From Pseudodesulfovibrio piezophilus C1TLV30 (GTDB lineage Bacteria > Desulfobacterota > Desulfovibrionia > Desulfovibrionales > Desulfovibrionaceae): a stretch of 32,000 bases of DNA. Shown piece by piece: positions 1 through 8,982 of the stretch. Positions within the stretch are counted from its first letter, which is position 1. Every line of letters begins with the position of its first letter. The position numbers and the translations under genes are program-made. The notes under the pieces are model-generated. The model searched no databases. It saw only the letters and a program-made list of their open reading frames with translations, and was not told the origin of the DNA. The stretch spans positions 3,614,099-3,646,098 of the forward strand of contig NC_020409.1 in assembly GCF_000341895.1 (NCBI RefSeq). The letters are read 5' to 3'.

Positions 1-477
1 GAGGAAATTACCCAACGCGGGGTTTGATGCTGTGCTTGTGGTCTCGGCCGCCATGGAGAGGGTGCATGCCCCTATAATTGCGAGAGTAAAGCCGGTGAGG
101 GTGCGGCGTGAGATTCGTTCTCCAAGTACAAACCGGGCAGCGACAGCAACCAGGAGAGGGAGGAGCGCACAAATCATTCCGGCCTGGGAAGCGTCGGTGT
201 GTGAAAGGGCCATGGCTTCAAAAACAAAATAGAATCCGGGTTCGCAGACTCCCATGAACAAAAGGCGTTTCCAGTCTCCTTTCTGGTAGTCAATATGTCT
301 GAGGGATTTGAAAACAGTGAGAAAGCAGAGGGATGCGATGAACATCCTTCCGAAAATCACGACCATTGGGTCAAAATGCTTGAAAGCTATTTTCAAGGCC
401 ACGAATGAGCTGGCCCAGAGGGTTACTCCGGCTAGAAGAGCGAGAAAGGCCCGGGCTGATCCTTGTGATGTCGTCAC
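1..477 (-). CDS. DMT/EamA-family transporter, N-terminal part (gene runs off the left edge of the window)
   Basis: Absent from the ORF track because it is open to position 1. My translation of the minus strand starts at GTG 477-475, with GGGAG 4 nt upstream and an in-frame TGA at 549-547. It gives VTTSQGSARAFLALLAGVTLWASSFVALKIAFKHFDPMVVIFGRMFIASLCFL...GVCEPGFYFVFEAMALSHTDASQAGMICALLPLLVAVAARFVLGERIS... This is the typical EamA repeat pattern (W.SSF...K, EP..YF..E..AL..T.AS.A, P....). The frame stays open for all 159 codons to base 1. Confidence 0.7.
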   Translation of the reverse strand, partial: MTTSQGSARAFLALLAGVTLWASSFVALKIAFKHFDPMVVIFGRMFIASLCFLTVFKSLRHIDYQKGDWKRLLFMGVCEPGFYFVFEAMALSHTDASQAGMICALLPLLVAVAARFVLGERISRRTLTGFTLAIIGACTLSMAAETTSTASNPALGNFL

Positions 478-597
478 TATGCTCCCTGTTGTTGTCGTTT
501 GGCGAGTTCTATCATTCTTGGGAAGTCTTGGAAATGATTCCGGGCATCATTTGTTGTCATGGAGTTGATCGAATTTTACGATGATTGTTCATTAAAA

Positions 598-628
598 GAC
601 AAACCCCCGCAGAGTGCAGGGGTTTGTT
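598..628 (-). terminator. Rho-independent terminator downstream of the zinc-ribbon gene
   Basis: ACAAACCCC (599-607) pairs with GGGGTTTGT (619-627), with an inner GCA/TGC stem. On the minus strand the hairpin is followed by CTTTTAAT. Confidence 0.55.
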
Positions 629-648
629 CGCTCGTATGGGCTTGGTGT

Positions 649-918
649 TTAATGTGGGCATACAGCCAGCACGTTAACCGGCTTGTATCCATTTTGCGGA
701 TTAAGAGCGAAACGGCAACCAAGATGGGAGCCTTCGCGTTTATGTGCGATATCTTCTTCAGAGCCGAGATAGAAAGAACAGTTGTTGCTTTCACAGATCA
801 GGATAACATCCCATCCTGTTTCCGGCGGAGGAAGCCACGGGGACATGAGTGTTCCGCAATGCGGACACTTGTGGTCCTCCAGTTCGGTAACGATACCGGC
901 ATATTCATGAATAACCAT
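649..918 (-). CDS. Small Cys4 zinc-ribbon protein (hypothetical, 89 aa)
   Basis: The ORF-track start at 924 is GTG. An ATG at 918 sits 5 nt after AAAGGAG, so I prefer it. The protein has CPHCG...C..NNC (four Cys spaced like a zinc ribbon). A terminator lies directly downstream. Confidence 0.6.
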   Translation of the reverse strand: MVIHEYAGIVTELEDHKCPHCGTLMSPWLPPPETGWDVILICESNNCSFYLGSEEDIAHKREGSHLGCRFALNPQNGYKPVNVLAVCPH

Positions 919-1004
919 AGTCACTCCTTTTTCAAAATGATCAGCACTGATGCATGCTCTGACCTGATGATAAATACGGAACCACCAACGTCAAGGGAAG
1001 ATGG

Positions 1005-1544
1005 CTATATTTCTTCAGAAGAAGGGAGGAGTCTTAGCAGCTTGAACAAGGCTCGCGCATCTTTGGGCGGTTTGCCTTTGAGCTTCTCACGGCGAGCGCT
1101 CAGGACGAGCTGGCGTATCCTTTGTCCTTGTTCTGGGTGCTGGTCGAAAAGCTCCTGCAAGAAATCGTCATCTCCTCCGATGAGACGGTCTCGCATGACT
1201 TCGATACGATGAAATTCAGCGGTCCTGACATCGTGCCCCTGCTTGGCAGCTTCGACAATTTCACGAACTTGTGTGGTGTCGAATGTTCTCATCAGTTTGC
1301 CGACATATTGCATATGCCTGCGGCGGGCTTCATGTTTGGTTATTTTCTTGATGAGCAGCAATGCCTTTTCAACATCACCGGGAAGGTCGGATTCCTTGAC
1401 GACACGGTCGCCCAGCGCGGCCAGGTCTTCGCCCAGCTGCTGGAGTTCATGCATATCCCGTTTGAGCTGAGATCGACTGGGTGCATCGTTCACCTCATCG
1501 AACTCTTCCGGGGCATAGAGGTCGCGTTTTTGTTTCTTTTTCAT
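1005..1544 (-). CDS. yjgA: Ribosome-associated protein YjgA/DarP (DUF615)
   Basis: 179 aa with a basic N-terminus, SRSQLKRDMHELQQLGEDL and KHEARRRHMQYVGKLMR, matching the conserved YjgA signature (SKSQ.KRE...LQ.LG, AR.RQ.QYIGKLMR). ATG start lies 14 nt after the upstream stop. Confidence 0.8.
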   Translation of the reverse strand: MKKKQKRDLYAPEEFDEVNDAPSRSQLKRDMHELQQLGEDLAALGDRVVKESDLPGDVEKALLLIKKITKHEARRRHMQYVGKLMRTFDTTQVREIVEAAKQGHDVRTAEFHRIEVMRDRLIGGDDDFLQELFDQHPEQGQRIRQLVLSARREKLKGKPPKDARALFKLLRLLPSSEEI

Positions 1545-1558
1545 AGGGTCTTGGGTTG

Positions 1559-2173
1559 TCAGTTTTGGACGGTTTTGGCCAGATCCAGTTCAAGTTCGGT
1601 AAAAATGATCTGGATGCCTTTGGTCATCCCCTGGACCAATTCATCGGGGGCGGACTTGTCGAGCGGAATACGTTGCCTGTAACTTGATGAAAAGACAATC
1701 TCATTGTTGGGTGTTGATTCATCCACCAGGAAAAACTGCATGGCAATCACCGCATTCGGGGGCTCGGTTGAGTAATCTCCGTATAGGGAATTGACGACTC
1801 CTTCAAGGGTCAGGTCGGGTATAACCATACTCCCAGGCTCTATCACATTGGCAAAATGACCACTCTGCGCCAGCCATTTACGGAGTTCCGAGGTCAACAT
1901 GTTGCCAGGTGCCACAAAGAGCATGTTGTAGAAATCGGATTCAATACGTCCGTCGCTCATCTGATAAACCAATTCACGAGTATTGTAGATATCGGAAACT
2001 GAGAGTCGACGGATTTTCAATATTTTTCCGCACTGCGCTTCAGGTGGGGTTTCTGTACGGGCCGGAGTTATGCGGTAATAGCGTTTTTCGATCGGTTCTC
2101 CGCCGAGTTTGACACAGGCGCTCATGCTCAAGGTCGCTATGAGAAAGAAGAGGGTGGTGTATTTTTTCATCAT
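1559..2173 (-). CDS. ABC-transport auxiliary lipoprotein (PqiC/YmbA-like, ABC_trans_aux family)
   Basis: Signal peptide ending in the lipobox-like LSMSAC. About 200 aa, located immediately downstream of the MCE/MlaD gene as in Pqi/Mla-type operons. AGGA lies 9 nt before the ATG. Confidence 0.65.
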   Translation of the reverse strand: MMKKYTTLFFLIATLSMSACVKLGGEPIEKRYYRITPARTETPPEAQCGKILKIRRLSVSDIYNTRELVYQMSDGRIESDFYNMLFVAPGNMLTSELRKWLAQSGHFANVIEPGSMVIPDLTLEGVVNSLYGDYSTEPPNAVIAMQFFLVDESTPNNEIVFSSSYRQRIPLDKSAPDELVQGMTKGIQIIFTELELDLAKTVQN

Positions 2174-2188
2174 AATCTTGAATCCTGT

Positions 2189-3340
2189 CTACTTGCTTTC
2201 TGGCGAGGATTTGCTTGGCGGTTTACCAAAGAATATACCGGAAGGGTAGCGTTTTGCGTCACCACTCAACTCCTTGATGTTTTGCATGACTTCACGAGTA
2301 TCCTGCAAGATTGCATGAATATTCGGCTCTTCTGCCGCCATGACACCATTGAGTCTGTTGACCAAGGCATGTATTTTGGTGACGGCAGCTCCAAGTTCTG
2401 CCGATGCCATGGTGATGTTCTCCAGGGTCGGGGCAGCGTTGGAAAGAGCTTTGTCCATACGTGGGTCAGAGAGAGTTCTTTCGAGGACATCAGCAGCATG
2501 TTTGAAGCTCGCCATGGCCTTGTTCGCCTCTGCGCCCGCAGCTATCAAGTCATCGGAAGATTCGTTGATTATCCTATCCACCCCGGCCATGGCGCTCGCC
2601 GCGTGGGGGATGATATGATCTGCGTCCGGGGAAGCCAGCAATTCATTTGTTCTGGAAAGAAGGGTACGTGTCTGGTCGAGAATTGTCAGCATCCTGTCGC
2701 CCGCTTTTTTGCCGTCCTTGGTGCGCATGAAACGGTCGAGAGTATTGACGATGGATTTGACGTCACTGATAATACTGGTGATATCTTCCTGACGAATCCC
2801 CTTCAGTGTCTTAGATATAGTGGTAACTGCTCCTTCTATTCGACTCAGGGTACTTGGAATTGCCGGAATATAGGCTTCTTTGGGTTGCCAGTATACCTGG
2901 AGGGGAGGGTTGGATAGTGGGTCCACATAGACGAAGTTGAGGAAGAGCTGCCCCGTCAATCCGAGGGAAGTGGGACGAACTCGAAGGCCCTGCTTTTCTT
3001 CTTTGCGTATGGATTTTTTGAACTCTTCAAAGCTCATGTCTCGGAATAAATCCGGGTTGATATCGCAACGTACCATCACGTATCGAATATCGTGCTCGCT
3101 AGCCTGTGGATAGATGTTGGTCACGAAATCAATGTCGGAAACCCGGCCGATGCGCACTCCTCTCAGTTTGACAGGTGATCCTATTTCCAGTCCGTTGACT
3201 GACTCATTAAAGTAACTTTCCACTGAATAGCTTGTCTCAAAGTATCTGCCAGCTCCCAGAACGATGACAATGGCTACCAGCAGACATGTGCCGACAATAA
3301 TGAAAGCGCCAAGTTTGAAAGAGTCTTGTTTTCGTATCAT
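2189..3340 (-). CDS. MlaD/MCE-family substrate-binding protein with a long helical C-terminal extension
   Basis: N-terminal TM (FKLGAFIIVGTCLLVAIVIVLGAG), then an MCE core (VNGLEIGSPVKLRGVRIGRVSDI) and about 200 aa of Ala/Leu-rich helical sequence. AGGA RBS. Stop/start is tightly packed with the ATPase gene. Confidence 0.85.
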   Translation of the reverse strand: MIRKQDSFKLGAFIIVGTCLLVAIVIVLGAGRYFETSYSVESYFNESVNGLEIGSPVKLRGVRIGRVSDIDFVTNIYPQASEHDIRYVMVRCDINPDLFRDMSFEEFKKSIRKEEKQGLRVRPTSLGLTGQLFLNFVYVDPLSNPPLQVYWQPKEAYIPAIPSTLSRIEGAVTTISKTLKGIRQEDITSIISDVKSIVNTLDRFMRTKDGKKAGDRMLTILDQTRTLLSRTNELLASPDADHIIPHAASAMAGVDRIINESSDDLIAAGAEANKAMASFKHAADVLERTLSDPRMDKALSNAAPTLENITMASAELGAAVTKIHALVNRLNGVMAAEEPNIHAILQDTREVMQNIKELSGDAKRYPSGIFFGKPPSKSSPESK

Positions 3341-3343
3341 TCT

Positions 3344-4150
3344 CTATCCTTCATTTAACGGGAGGCATTTGGCTTCATCCGTGGCTTTTCCAAGCGAAGG
3401 CATGCGATGAAAGAATCGTTTGACCAAAAGAGTCTCCGAAGAGTCTCGTAGTTCTTTAGGGTCCCCTTGCGCCACAATGGATTTTTGATCCTTGTCGAGC
3501 ATTATCACCCTATCTGCCGTTTTATAGACTGATTCCAATTCATGGGTGACGATAACAAAAGTAATGCCGAGAGTGTGGGCCAGGTTGAGTATGAGTTCAT
3601 CCAGTTCCGCTGACGAGATCGGGTCAAGCCCGGCTCCTGGTTCATCCAGAAAAAGGATTTGGGGATCCAAAGCCATGGCTCTTGCTATGGCCGCGCGTTT
3701 TTTCATGCCGCCGCTCAGGGCTGACGGCATTTTGTAGAATGCATTTTCCAAATTGACCATGGCGAGTTTCGATTTTGCTATCATCGTCATCGCTTCATGA
3801 GGGAGGGAGGTAAATTCTTCCAAAGGCAGCATGACGTTCTGAAGAAGTGACATGGACCCGAACAAGGCTCCCATTTGGTACATGACTCCGAAACGACGAA
3901 TGATGTCTGCCCGGTCTGTTTCATTGGCAATGACCAGATCTTTTTCTCCGTAGAAAACATGGCCTTTCATTGGGGTGTAAAGGCCAATCATGTTTTTGAG
4001 CAAAGTCGATTTCCCACAGCCTGAGCCACCCAGAATCACGAAGACTTCACCTTGCATGATATCAAAGCTGATATCTTTCAGCACGACGGTGTCATCATAT
4101 CCGCAGGTGAGATTCTTGACGCTGATGATGGGGGTATGCTTGTTGCTCAA
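3344..4150 (-). CDS. ABC transporter ATP-binding protein (MlaF-like)
   Basis: Walker A GGSGCGKST, signature LSGGMKKR, Walker B ILFLDEP, H-loop VTHEL. The ORF-track start at 4201 is TTG and overlaps the permease gene by 47 nt. A second TTG at 4150 lies 4 nt after the permease TGA, behind GGGATGGTGA, and gives the usual short N-terminus (M-SNKHTPIISVKNL). The start is uncertain between 4150, 4180 and 4201. Confidence 0.85.
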   Translation of the reverse strand: MSNKHTPIISVKNLTCGYDDTVVLKDISFDIMQGEVFVILGGSGCGKSTLLKNMIGLYTPMKGHVFYGEKDLVIANETDRADIIRRFGVMYQMGALFGSMSLLQNVMLPLEEFTSLPHEAMTMIAKSKLAMVNLENAFYKMPSALSGGMKKRAAIARAMALDPQILFLDEPGAGLDPISSAELDELILNLAHTLGITFVIVTHELESVYKTADRVIMLDKDQKSIVAQGDPKELRDSSETLLVKRFFHRMPSLGKATDEAKCLPLNEG

Positions 4151-4154
4151 CAGA

Positions 4155-5315
4155 TCACCATCCCAAGTAGTAGAAAGCAACGGCGAAAAGTCCGTCTGCA
4201 AATGCTATAAGGACTATTCCTGAAACCACTGCACTGGTCGTGGATAGACCAACGGCACTGGCCCCGCTTCGGGTTTGCAACCCTCGCAAGCATCCGACTC
4301 CTGAGACAAGCATTGCAAAGACGACCGCTTTGAGCATGCCGCCCCAGAAATCAAGAAAATCGAGATTTGCGAAGATACGTGATGAAAATGTCACCAGGGG
4401 GAACCCGAGAGAGAGCATGACCAGAGCGCCGCCTACCAAGCTGGCGAGATTGAAAAAAATTGTCATAAGCGGGACCATGGCAACCGCAGATATGAGCTTC
4501 GGAAGAACCATGAATTGCATGGGGGAGAGGCCCATGGTTGTCAGGGCATCCAATTCCTCATTGATTTTCATGGTTCCGATTTCCGCAGCAAACGCGGACC
4601 CGGACCTGGCTGCAAGGAGAATGGAAGTGACGAGAGGCCCCATCTCTCGAAACATGACAAGCCCCAGCATGTTCGGAACAAATATTTCGCCTCCGAATTG
4701 CTGTAGGCTGATAGCAGACTGAAAGGACATGATCAGTCCCATTAAAAAACCGATCAAAGTAATAATGAAGAGTGAGTCCACACCAATATTGATGCAGGAA
4801 ATGACAACGTCTTTCCAGCGCACTCTCTGCGGATGCAGTGCAGTCTTGCCTAGCAGTATTGAAGATTCACCGACAAAAGCAACCATTTCGTGAATATCTG
4901 CAAGGATTGCATTGGCTGCTTCTCCCACTCTCTGGACAAATCCGCGTCGTTCTTTCTCCGTTTGTTCCCACTGTGGGAGTCCACAATCCCATGTCAGATT
5001 GATGAGTTTGACATATTCGTCCTTGAGGTTCAGCAGGTTGAATGTCCTGCCTGTCAAGATCGCTTCTTCCCTGATTTTGAGTAGCAGAGCGATGCCTGCT
5101 CCATCCATGCTGACTATGCCTGAGCAGTCTGCTGTTATTGATCGATGCGTTGTTTTCCTGGCTGTCTCCATGATGTTTTCCCAGACATGAGCAGTGCCTG
5201 TCGCATCAAATAGTCCATAGAGATTCAGTTTTAATCCACGGTTGTCAGTTGTCTTTTCGAATCTGGCACCTGGAAGGTCTGGAAGGAGTGGGCTTTGTTG
5301 CAACGAGAGGTCCAT
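4155..5315 (-). CDS. MlaE-family ABC permease with fused N-terminal STAS (MlaB-like) domain
   Basis: Residues 1-~115 show the STAS pattern (LKLNLYGLFDATGTAHVWENI...SITADCSGIVSMDGAGIALLLKIREEA...). The remainder is a multi-TM MlaE/Ttg2B-type permease (EIGTMKINEELDAL.TMG..P...LV.P). ATG start. Confidence 0.85.
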   Translation of the reverse strand: MDLSLQQSPLLPDLPGARFEKTTDNRGLKLNLYGLFDATGTAHVWENIMETARKTTHRSITADCSGIVSMDGAGIALLLKIREEAILTGRTFNLLNLKDEYVKLINLTWDCGLPQWEQTEKERRGFVQRVGEAANAILADIHEMVAFVGESSILLGKTALHPQRVRWKDVVISCINIGVDSLFIITLIGFLMGLIMSFQSAISLQQFGGEIFVPNMLGLVMFREMGPLVTSILLAARSGSAFAAEIGTMKINEELDALTTMGLSPMQFMVLPKLISAVAMVPLMTIFFNLASLVGGALVMLSLGFPLVTFSSRIFANLDFLDFWGGMLKAVVFAMLVSGVGCLRGLQTRSGASAVGLSTTSAVVSGIVLIAFADGLFAVAFYYLGW

Positions 5316-5413
5316 GATTTTGAATGTTCTCTGAATTGGACATTAAATATACCGAACGAGCGTCAAAATGAAAAGCGGAGTGGAATCTTTTTTTTCGATG
5401 GCTCAATATAGAC

Positions 5414-5442
5414 TTGACAGCAAAACAAAAGAATAATATTTC
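5414..5442 (+). promoter_or_regulatory. Possible sigma70-type promoter for the Lrp-putA unit
   Basis: Perfect TTGACA at 5414-5419, followed by an AT-rich block (GAATAATATTTC). This block offers -10 candidates at 14-17 nt spacing (TAATAT, ATATTT, TATTTC). The -10 hexamer cannot be fixed by eye. Confidence 0.3.
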
Positions 5443-5450
5443 TTTTAACT

Positions 5451-5924
5451 ATGAATAATAGAAAGATTGACGATTTAGACCTAAAAATCCTGAATATACT
5501 TCAGGAGGACGGCAGGGTTTCCAATGCTGAAATAGCTCGAAAGGTAGGCAAAGCTCCTTCTGCCGTTTTAGAGCGGGTACGCAAACTGCGTCGGCATGGT
5601 ATTATCAAGGGATACGAATGTATCGTGGATCATAAACGGCTCGGGAGTGGCTTGACCGCTTTCACTTCAATCCGTGTGGAAGAAGGGGTCGGTGCGACAG
5701 AGGTCGGGCAACGGCTTTCGGAATTTCCAGAAGTCCTTGAAGTCCATTACACGGCAGGACGAGACTCTTATCTTGTCAAAGTTCGTGTGCAGGACACTGA
5801 AGCTCTTCAAGCGACACTGGCTAAATTCGGCACGATTATGGCTGTACGGGATACCAACTCCACCATTGTTTTGACAACGGTCAAGGAGTCACGAGTTATT
5901 CCGCTTCCATCAACTAACGAATAA
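5451..5924 (+). CDS. Lrp/AsnC-family transcriptional regulator (candidate proline-responsive PutR-type regulator)
   Basis: N-terminal HTH (LDLKILNILQEDGRVSNAEIARKVGKAPSAVLERVRKL) plus a C-terminal RAM/AsnC ligand domain. It ends 22 nt before putA on the same strand. Confidence 0.85.
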   Translation: MNNRKIDDLDLKILNILQEDGRVSNAEIARKVGKAPSAVLERVRKLRRHGIIKGYECIVDHKRLGSGLTAFTSIRVEEGVGATEVGQRLSEFPEVLEVHYTAGRDSYLVKVRVQDTEALQATLAKFGTIMAVRDTNSTIVLTTVKESRVIPLPSTNE

Positions 5925-5946
5925 ACTGTAATTCAAGGAGTCTCCG

Positions 5947-8900
5947 ATGACCACTGATTTTTCCTCCCTGGATCCGAGAATAATTACTCGGGGCAGGGAG
6001 TTTTTTAATTCTATCTCCGGCGAATCTCCTTCTGTTTTTAATAAGGGGTGGTGGACCGGCAAGGTGATGGATTGGGCTATGAAAAATGAAGATTTCAAGG
6101 TCCAGATGTTCAGATTTGTTGATGTCCTCCCATACTTGAACACATCAGAATCGCTTTCTCGCCATATAGAAGAATATTTCGCAACCGAGGATTCCAATAT
6201 TCCGGATGTCTTGAAGTGGGGAGCGACAAAAACAAAAATCGGTGGTGGGTTGGTTGCCAAGGTCCTGAACAAGACAATCCGATCCAATATTGAGTCCATG
6301 GCGAGGCAGTTCATAATCGGTCAGGTTTCCAAGGAAGCAGTCAAAGGGATCAAGAAACTTCGTAAGGATGGTTTTACATTTGTTCTTGATCTCCTTGGAG
6401 AAGCAACGGTGAGTGAAAAGGAATCAGCAGCGTACCTGGATGGTTATCTGGAAGTGCTGACAGCGATTCAAAGCGAAGTGCACAAGTGGAAGCCCCTTGA
6501 AGTTTCTTCTGGGGATCTTGACTGGGGGCATGCTCCCAAAGTGAATGTCGCAGTCAAGCCTTCCGCTTTTTACTCTCAGTCCAAACCGGTTGATATGGAA
6601 GGAACGGCTGAGGGCATGTTGGAGCGTATCGAGCCTGTTTATCGCAAGGTTATGGAAATGGGCGGTTTCATGTGCATTGACATGGAGTCTCTCAAGTACA
6701 AGGAAGCCACTGTTGAATTGTACAAGCGACTTCGCACCAAGTATCCGGAATATCCGCATCTCGGGATTGTTTTTCAAGCGTATCTCAAGAGTGTCGATAA
6801 CGATGTACGCGATCTGCTCAATTGGTCGCGCGAAAAGAACCTGCCCGCTTCCATTCGTTTGGTCAAAGGGGCTTACTGGGACTACGAAACCGTCATGGCC
6901 AAGCAGAACGGTTGGGAAGTGCCGGTCTGGACGCATAAACCTGAGTCAGACATGGCTTATGAGCGCGTCGCCCGGATGATTCTTGAAAACAGTGATATTT
7001 GTCATTTTGCCTGTGCATCCCATAATATCAGGACTATTTCGGCCGTTTTGGAGATGGCGACAGCCATGGGCGTTCCAGAGGAAAAATACGAATTTCAAGT
7101 GCTCTATGGCATGGCTGAACCGGTTCGCAAGGGTTTGAAAAATGTTGCCAAACGAGTGCGTCTCTATTGTCCCTATGGTGATTTATTACCCGGAATGGCA
7201 TATCTTGTCCGTCGATTGTTGGAAAATACGGCAAATGAATCATTCTTGAAACAGACTTTTGCCGATGAAGCAGACATGGATCGCCTGCTTGAAAATCCCG
7301 AGGTCACACTGCGGCGCCAGCTTGAAGGTAAATGCATCGTTCCGGAAGCCAATGAAGGGTTGGCGCGTTTTCAGAATTATCCCATAGTTGATTTCACAAT
7401 TGCAGAAGAGCGAGCAGCTTACCCTGAGGCTATAGCCCGGTTACGGAGTTCGCTTGGCAAAAAAATACCACTTTATATCAATGGGAAGGATGTAGAGACT
7501 TCAGACATGCTCGATTCCTACAACCCGGCCAATCCGGAAGAAGTTATCGGGTCTGTGTGCCAGGCTGGAGTTGGAGAAGTTGATGATGCAGTTGAAGCGG
7601 CTTCAAAGGCATATCTGACATGGCGTGATGTTTCTCCTGCCGAGCGTGCAGAGGTCCTATTGAAGGCTGCCCAGTATCTCAAGGATAATATACATGACCT
7701 TTGCGCTGTACAGATTCTCGAGGTCGGGAAGCAATGGGAGCAGGCTCAGGCTGACATTGGGGAAGCCATCGATTTCATGGAATACTATGCCCGTGAAATG
7801 ATCCGACTCGGTAAACCCCGTCGAATGGGACATGCTCCGGGTGAAATGAGTCATCTTTTTTATCAGGGCAAGGGAGTCGCTGCCGTCATCGCGCCCTGGA
7901 ATTTTCCTCTGGCCATATCCGTGGGCATGGTTTCCGCTGCGATTGTGTCGGGGTGTCCTGTTGTCTATAAACCAGCAGGGATATCATCGTGTGTCGGACA
8001 TGGGCTTGTCAAAATGTGGAAGGCCGCCGGTTTGCCTGATGGTGTTTTCAACTATTGTCCGGGACGGGGGGCTGTAGTGGGGGATCATCTGGTGGATCAC
8101 CCGGATGTTGCGGTTATTGCATTCACCGGTTCCATGGAGGTGGGGCTGCGAATACAGGAGCGTGCTGCCAAGGTGCAACCAGGGCAACAACAATGCAAAA
8201 AGGTGATCGCGGAAATGGGCGGCAAGAATGCCACTATTATTGATGATGATGCTGATCTTGATGAAGCGGTTCTGGGAGTACTCTATTCCGCATTCGGCTT
8301 CCAGGGACAAAAGTGTTCGGCATGTTCACGAGTGATTGTCCTTGATGCCATTTATGATCGTTTTGTCGAACGCCTGACAGAGGCCGCCAAATCCGTCAAG
8401 CTTGGTCCGGCTGAGAATCCTGCTAACTACATGGGACCTGTTGTTGATAGAGCTGCTCAGGAAAATGTGTTGCGCTATGTCAAGATAGCTGAAGAGGAAG
8501 GGCAGTTGCTCGTCAAATTGGAGGCATCAGCAGATCTCAGGGCCACAGGAGGATGCTATGTGCCACTGACTATTGTTGAAAAGATCGCCAAAGATCATCG
8601 AATTGCTCAAGAAGAAGTTTTTGGTCCCATTCTGGCTGTCATGCGTGCCGGGGATATGGATGAGGCTTTGGATATTGCCAATTCAACGCGGTTTGCTTTG
8701 ACTGGAGCCATCTACACTCGGAGTCCGGCACATTTGGAGCGGGCAGCCAATGAATTCCGTGTTGGGAATCTTTACCTGAATAAACCGTCAGTCGGTGCCA
8801 TGGTCGAACGCCATGCCTTTGGTGGATTTAAAATGTCTGGTGTCGGTTCGAAGTCCGGTGGGCCGGATTACCTGCTTCAGTTTCTTGATCCTCGCCTGGT

Positions 8901-8964
8901 GTGTGAAAACACCATCCGACGGGGATTTGCTCCGATTGAAGAAGGCGATGACTGGTTGAGTTGA
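5947..8964 (+). CDS. putA: Bifunctional proline dehydrogenase / L-glutamate-gamma-semialdehyde (P5C) dehydrogenase, short PutA type without DNA-binding domain
   Basis: 1005 aa. The PRODH barrel has the motif IRLVKGAYWDYE. The ALDH half has EMGGKN and the catalytic-Cys motif FGFQGQKCSACSR. AAGGAG lies 7 nt before the ATG. There is no N-terminal ribbon-helix-helix. Confidence 0.92.
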   Translation: MTTDFSSLDPRIITRGREFFNSISGESPSVFNKGWWTGKVMDWAMKNEDFKVQMFRFVDVLPYLNTSESLSRHIEEYFATEDSNIPDVLKWGATKTKIGGGLVAKVLNKTIRSNIESMARQFIIGQVSKEAVKGIKKLRKDGFTFVLDLLGEATVSEKESAAYLDGYLEVLTAIQSEVHKWKPLEVSSGDLDWGHAPKVNVAVKPSAFYSQSKPVDMEGTAEGMLERIEPVYRKVMEMGGFMCIDMESLKYKEATVELYKRLRTKYPEYPHLGIVFQAYLKSVDNDVRDLLNWSREKNLPASIRLVKGAYWDYETVMAKQNGWEVPVWTHKPESDMAYERVARMILENSDICHFACASHNIRTISAVLEMATAMGVPEEKYEFQVLYGMAEPVRKGLKNVAKRVRLYCPYGDLLPGMAYLVRRLLENTANESFLKQTFADEADMDRLLENPEVTLRRQLEGKCIVPEANEGLARFQNYPIVDFTIAEERAAYPEAIARLRSSLGKKIPLYINGKDVETSDMLDSYNPANPEEVIGSVCQAGVGEVDDAVEAASKAYLTWRDVSPAERAEVLLKAAQYLKDNIHDLCAVQILEVGKQWEQAQADIGEAIDFMEYYAREMIRLGKPRRMGHAPGEMSHLFYQGKGVAAVIAPWNFPLAISVGMVSAAIVSGCPVVYKPAGISSCVGHGLVKMWKAAGLPDGVFNYCPGRGAVVGDHLVDHPDVAVIAFTGSMEVGLRIQERAAKVQPGQQQCKKVIAEMGGKNATIIDDDADLDEAVLGVLYSAFGFQGQKCSACSRVIVLDAIYDRFVERLTEAAKSVKLGPAENPANYMGPVVDRAAQENVLRYVKIAEEEGQLLVKLEASADLRATGGCYVPLTIVEKIAKDHRIAQEEVFGPILAVMRAGDMDEALDIANSTRFALTGAIYTRSPAHLERAANEFRVGNLYLNKPSVGAMVERHAFGGFKMSGVGSKSGGPDYLLQFLDPRLVCENTIRRGFAPIEEGDDWLS

Positions 8965-8982
8965 CCCTTTCTGATTTGAATG

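Noticed and set aside
32-568. Plus-strand ORFs 32-232 and 308-568.
   Set aside because: Both are antisense to the EamA transporter frame, which is open over the whole of 1-477 and shows clear family motifs.
559-1212. 217-aa plus-strand ORF spanning the zinc-ribbon gene and the yjgA 3' end.
   Set aside because: It runs antisense to two well-supported minus-strand genes, crosses a terminator hairpin, and has no RBS or recognisable motifs. It is a shadow ORF.
2282-2917. Long antisense ORFs inside the MlaD gene (2282-2917+, 2340-2618+), the MlaE gene (4240-4722+), putA (6424-6936-), uup, the ahbA/B-like and membrane-protein genes (12533-13039+), ahbD (14084-14566+) and ahbC (15964-16428+).
   Set aside because: All lie opposite genes with strong family motifs. 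Their translations are low-complexity (Ser/Arg/Pro-rich) and lack start-site signals. This is typical of shadow frames in this composition.
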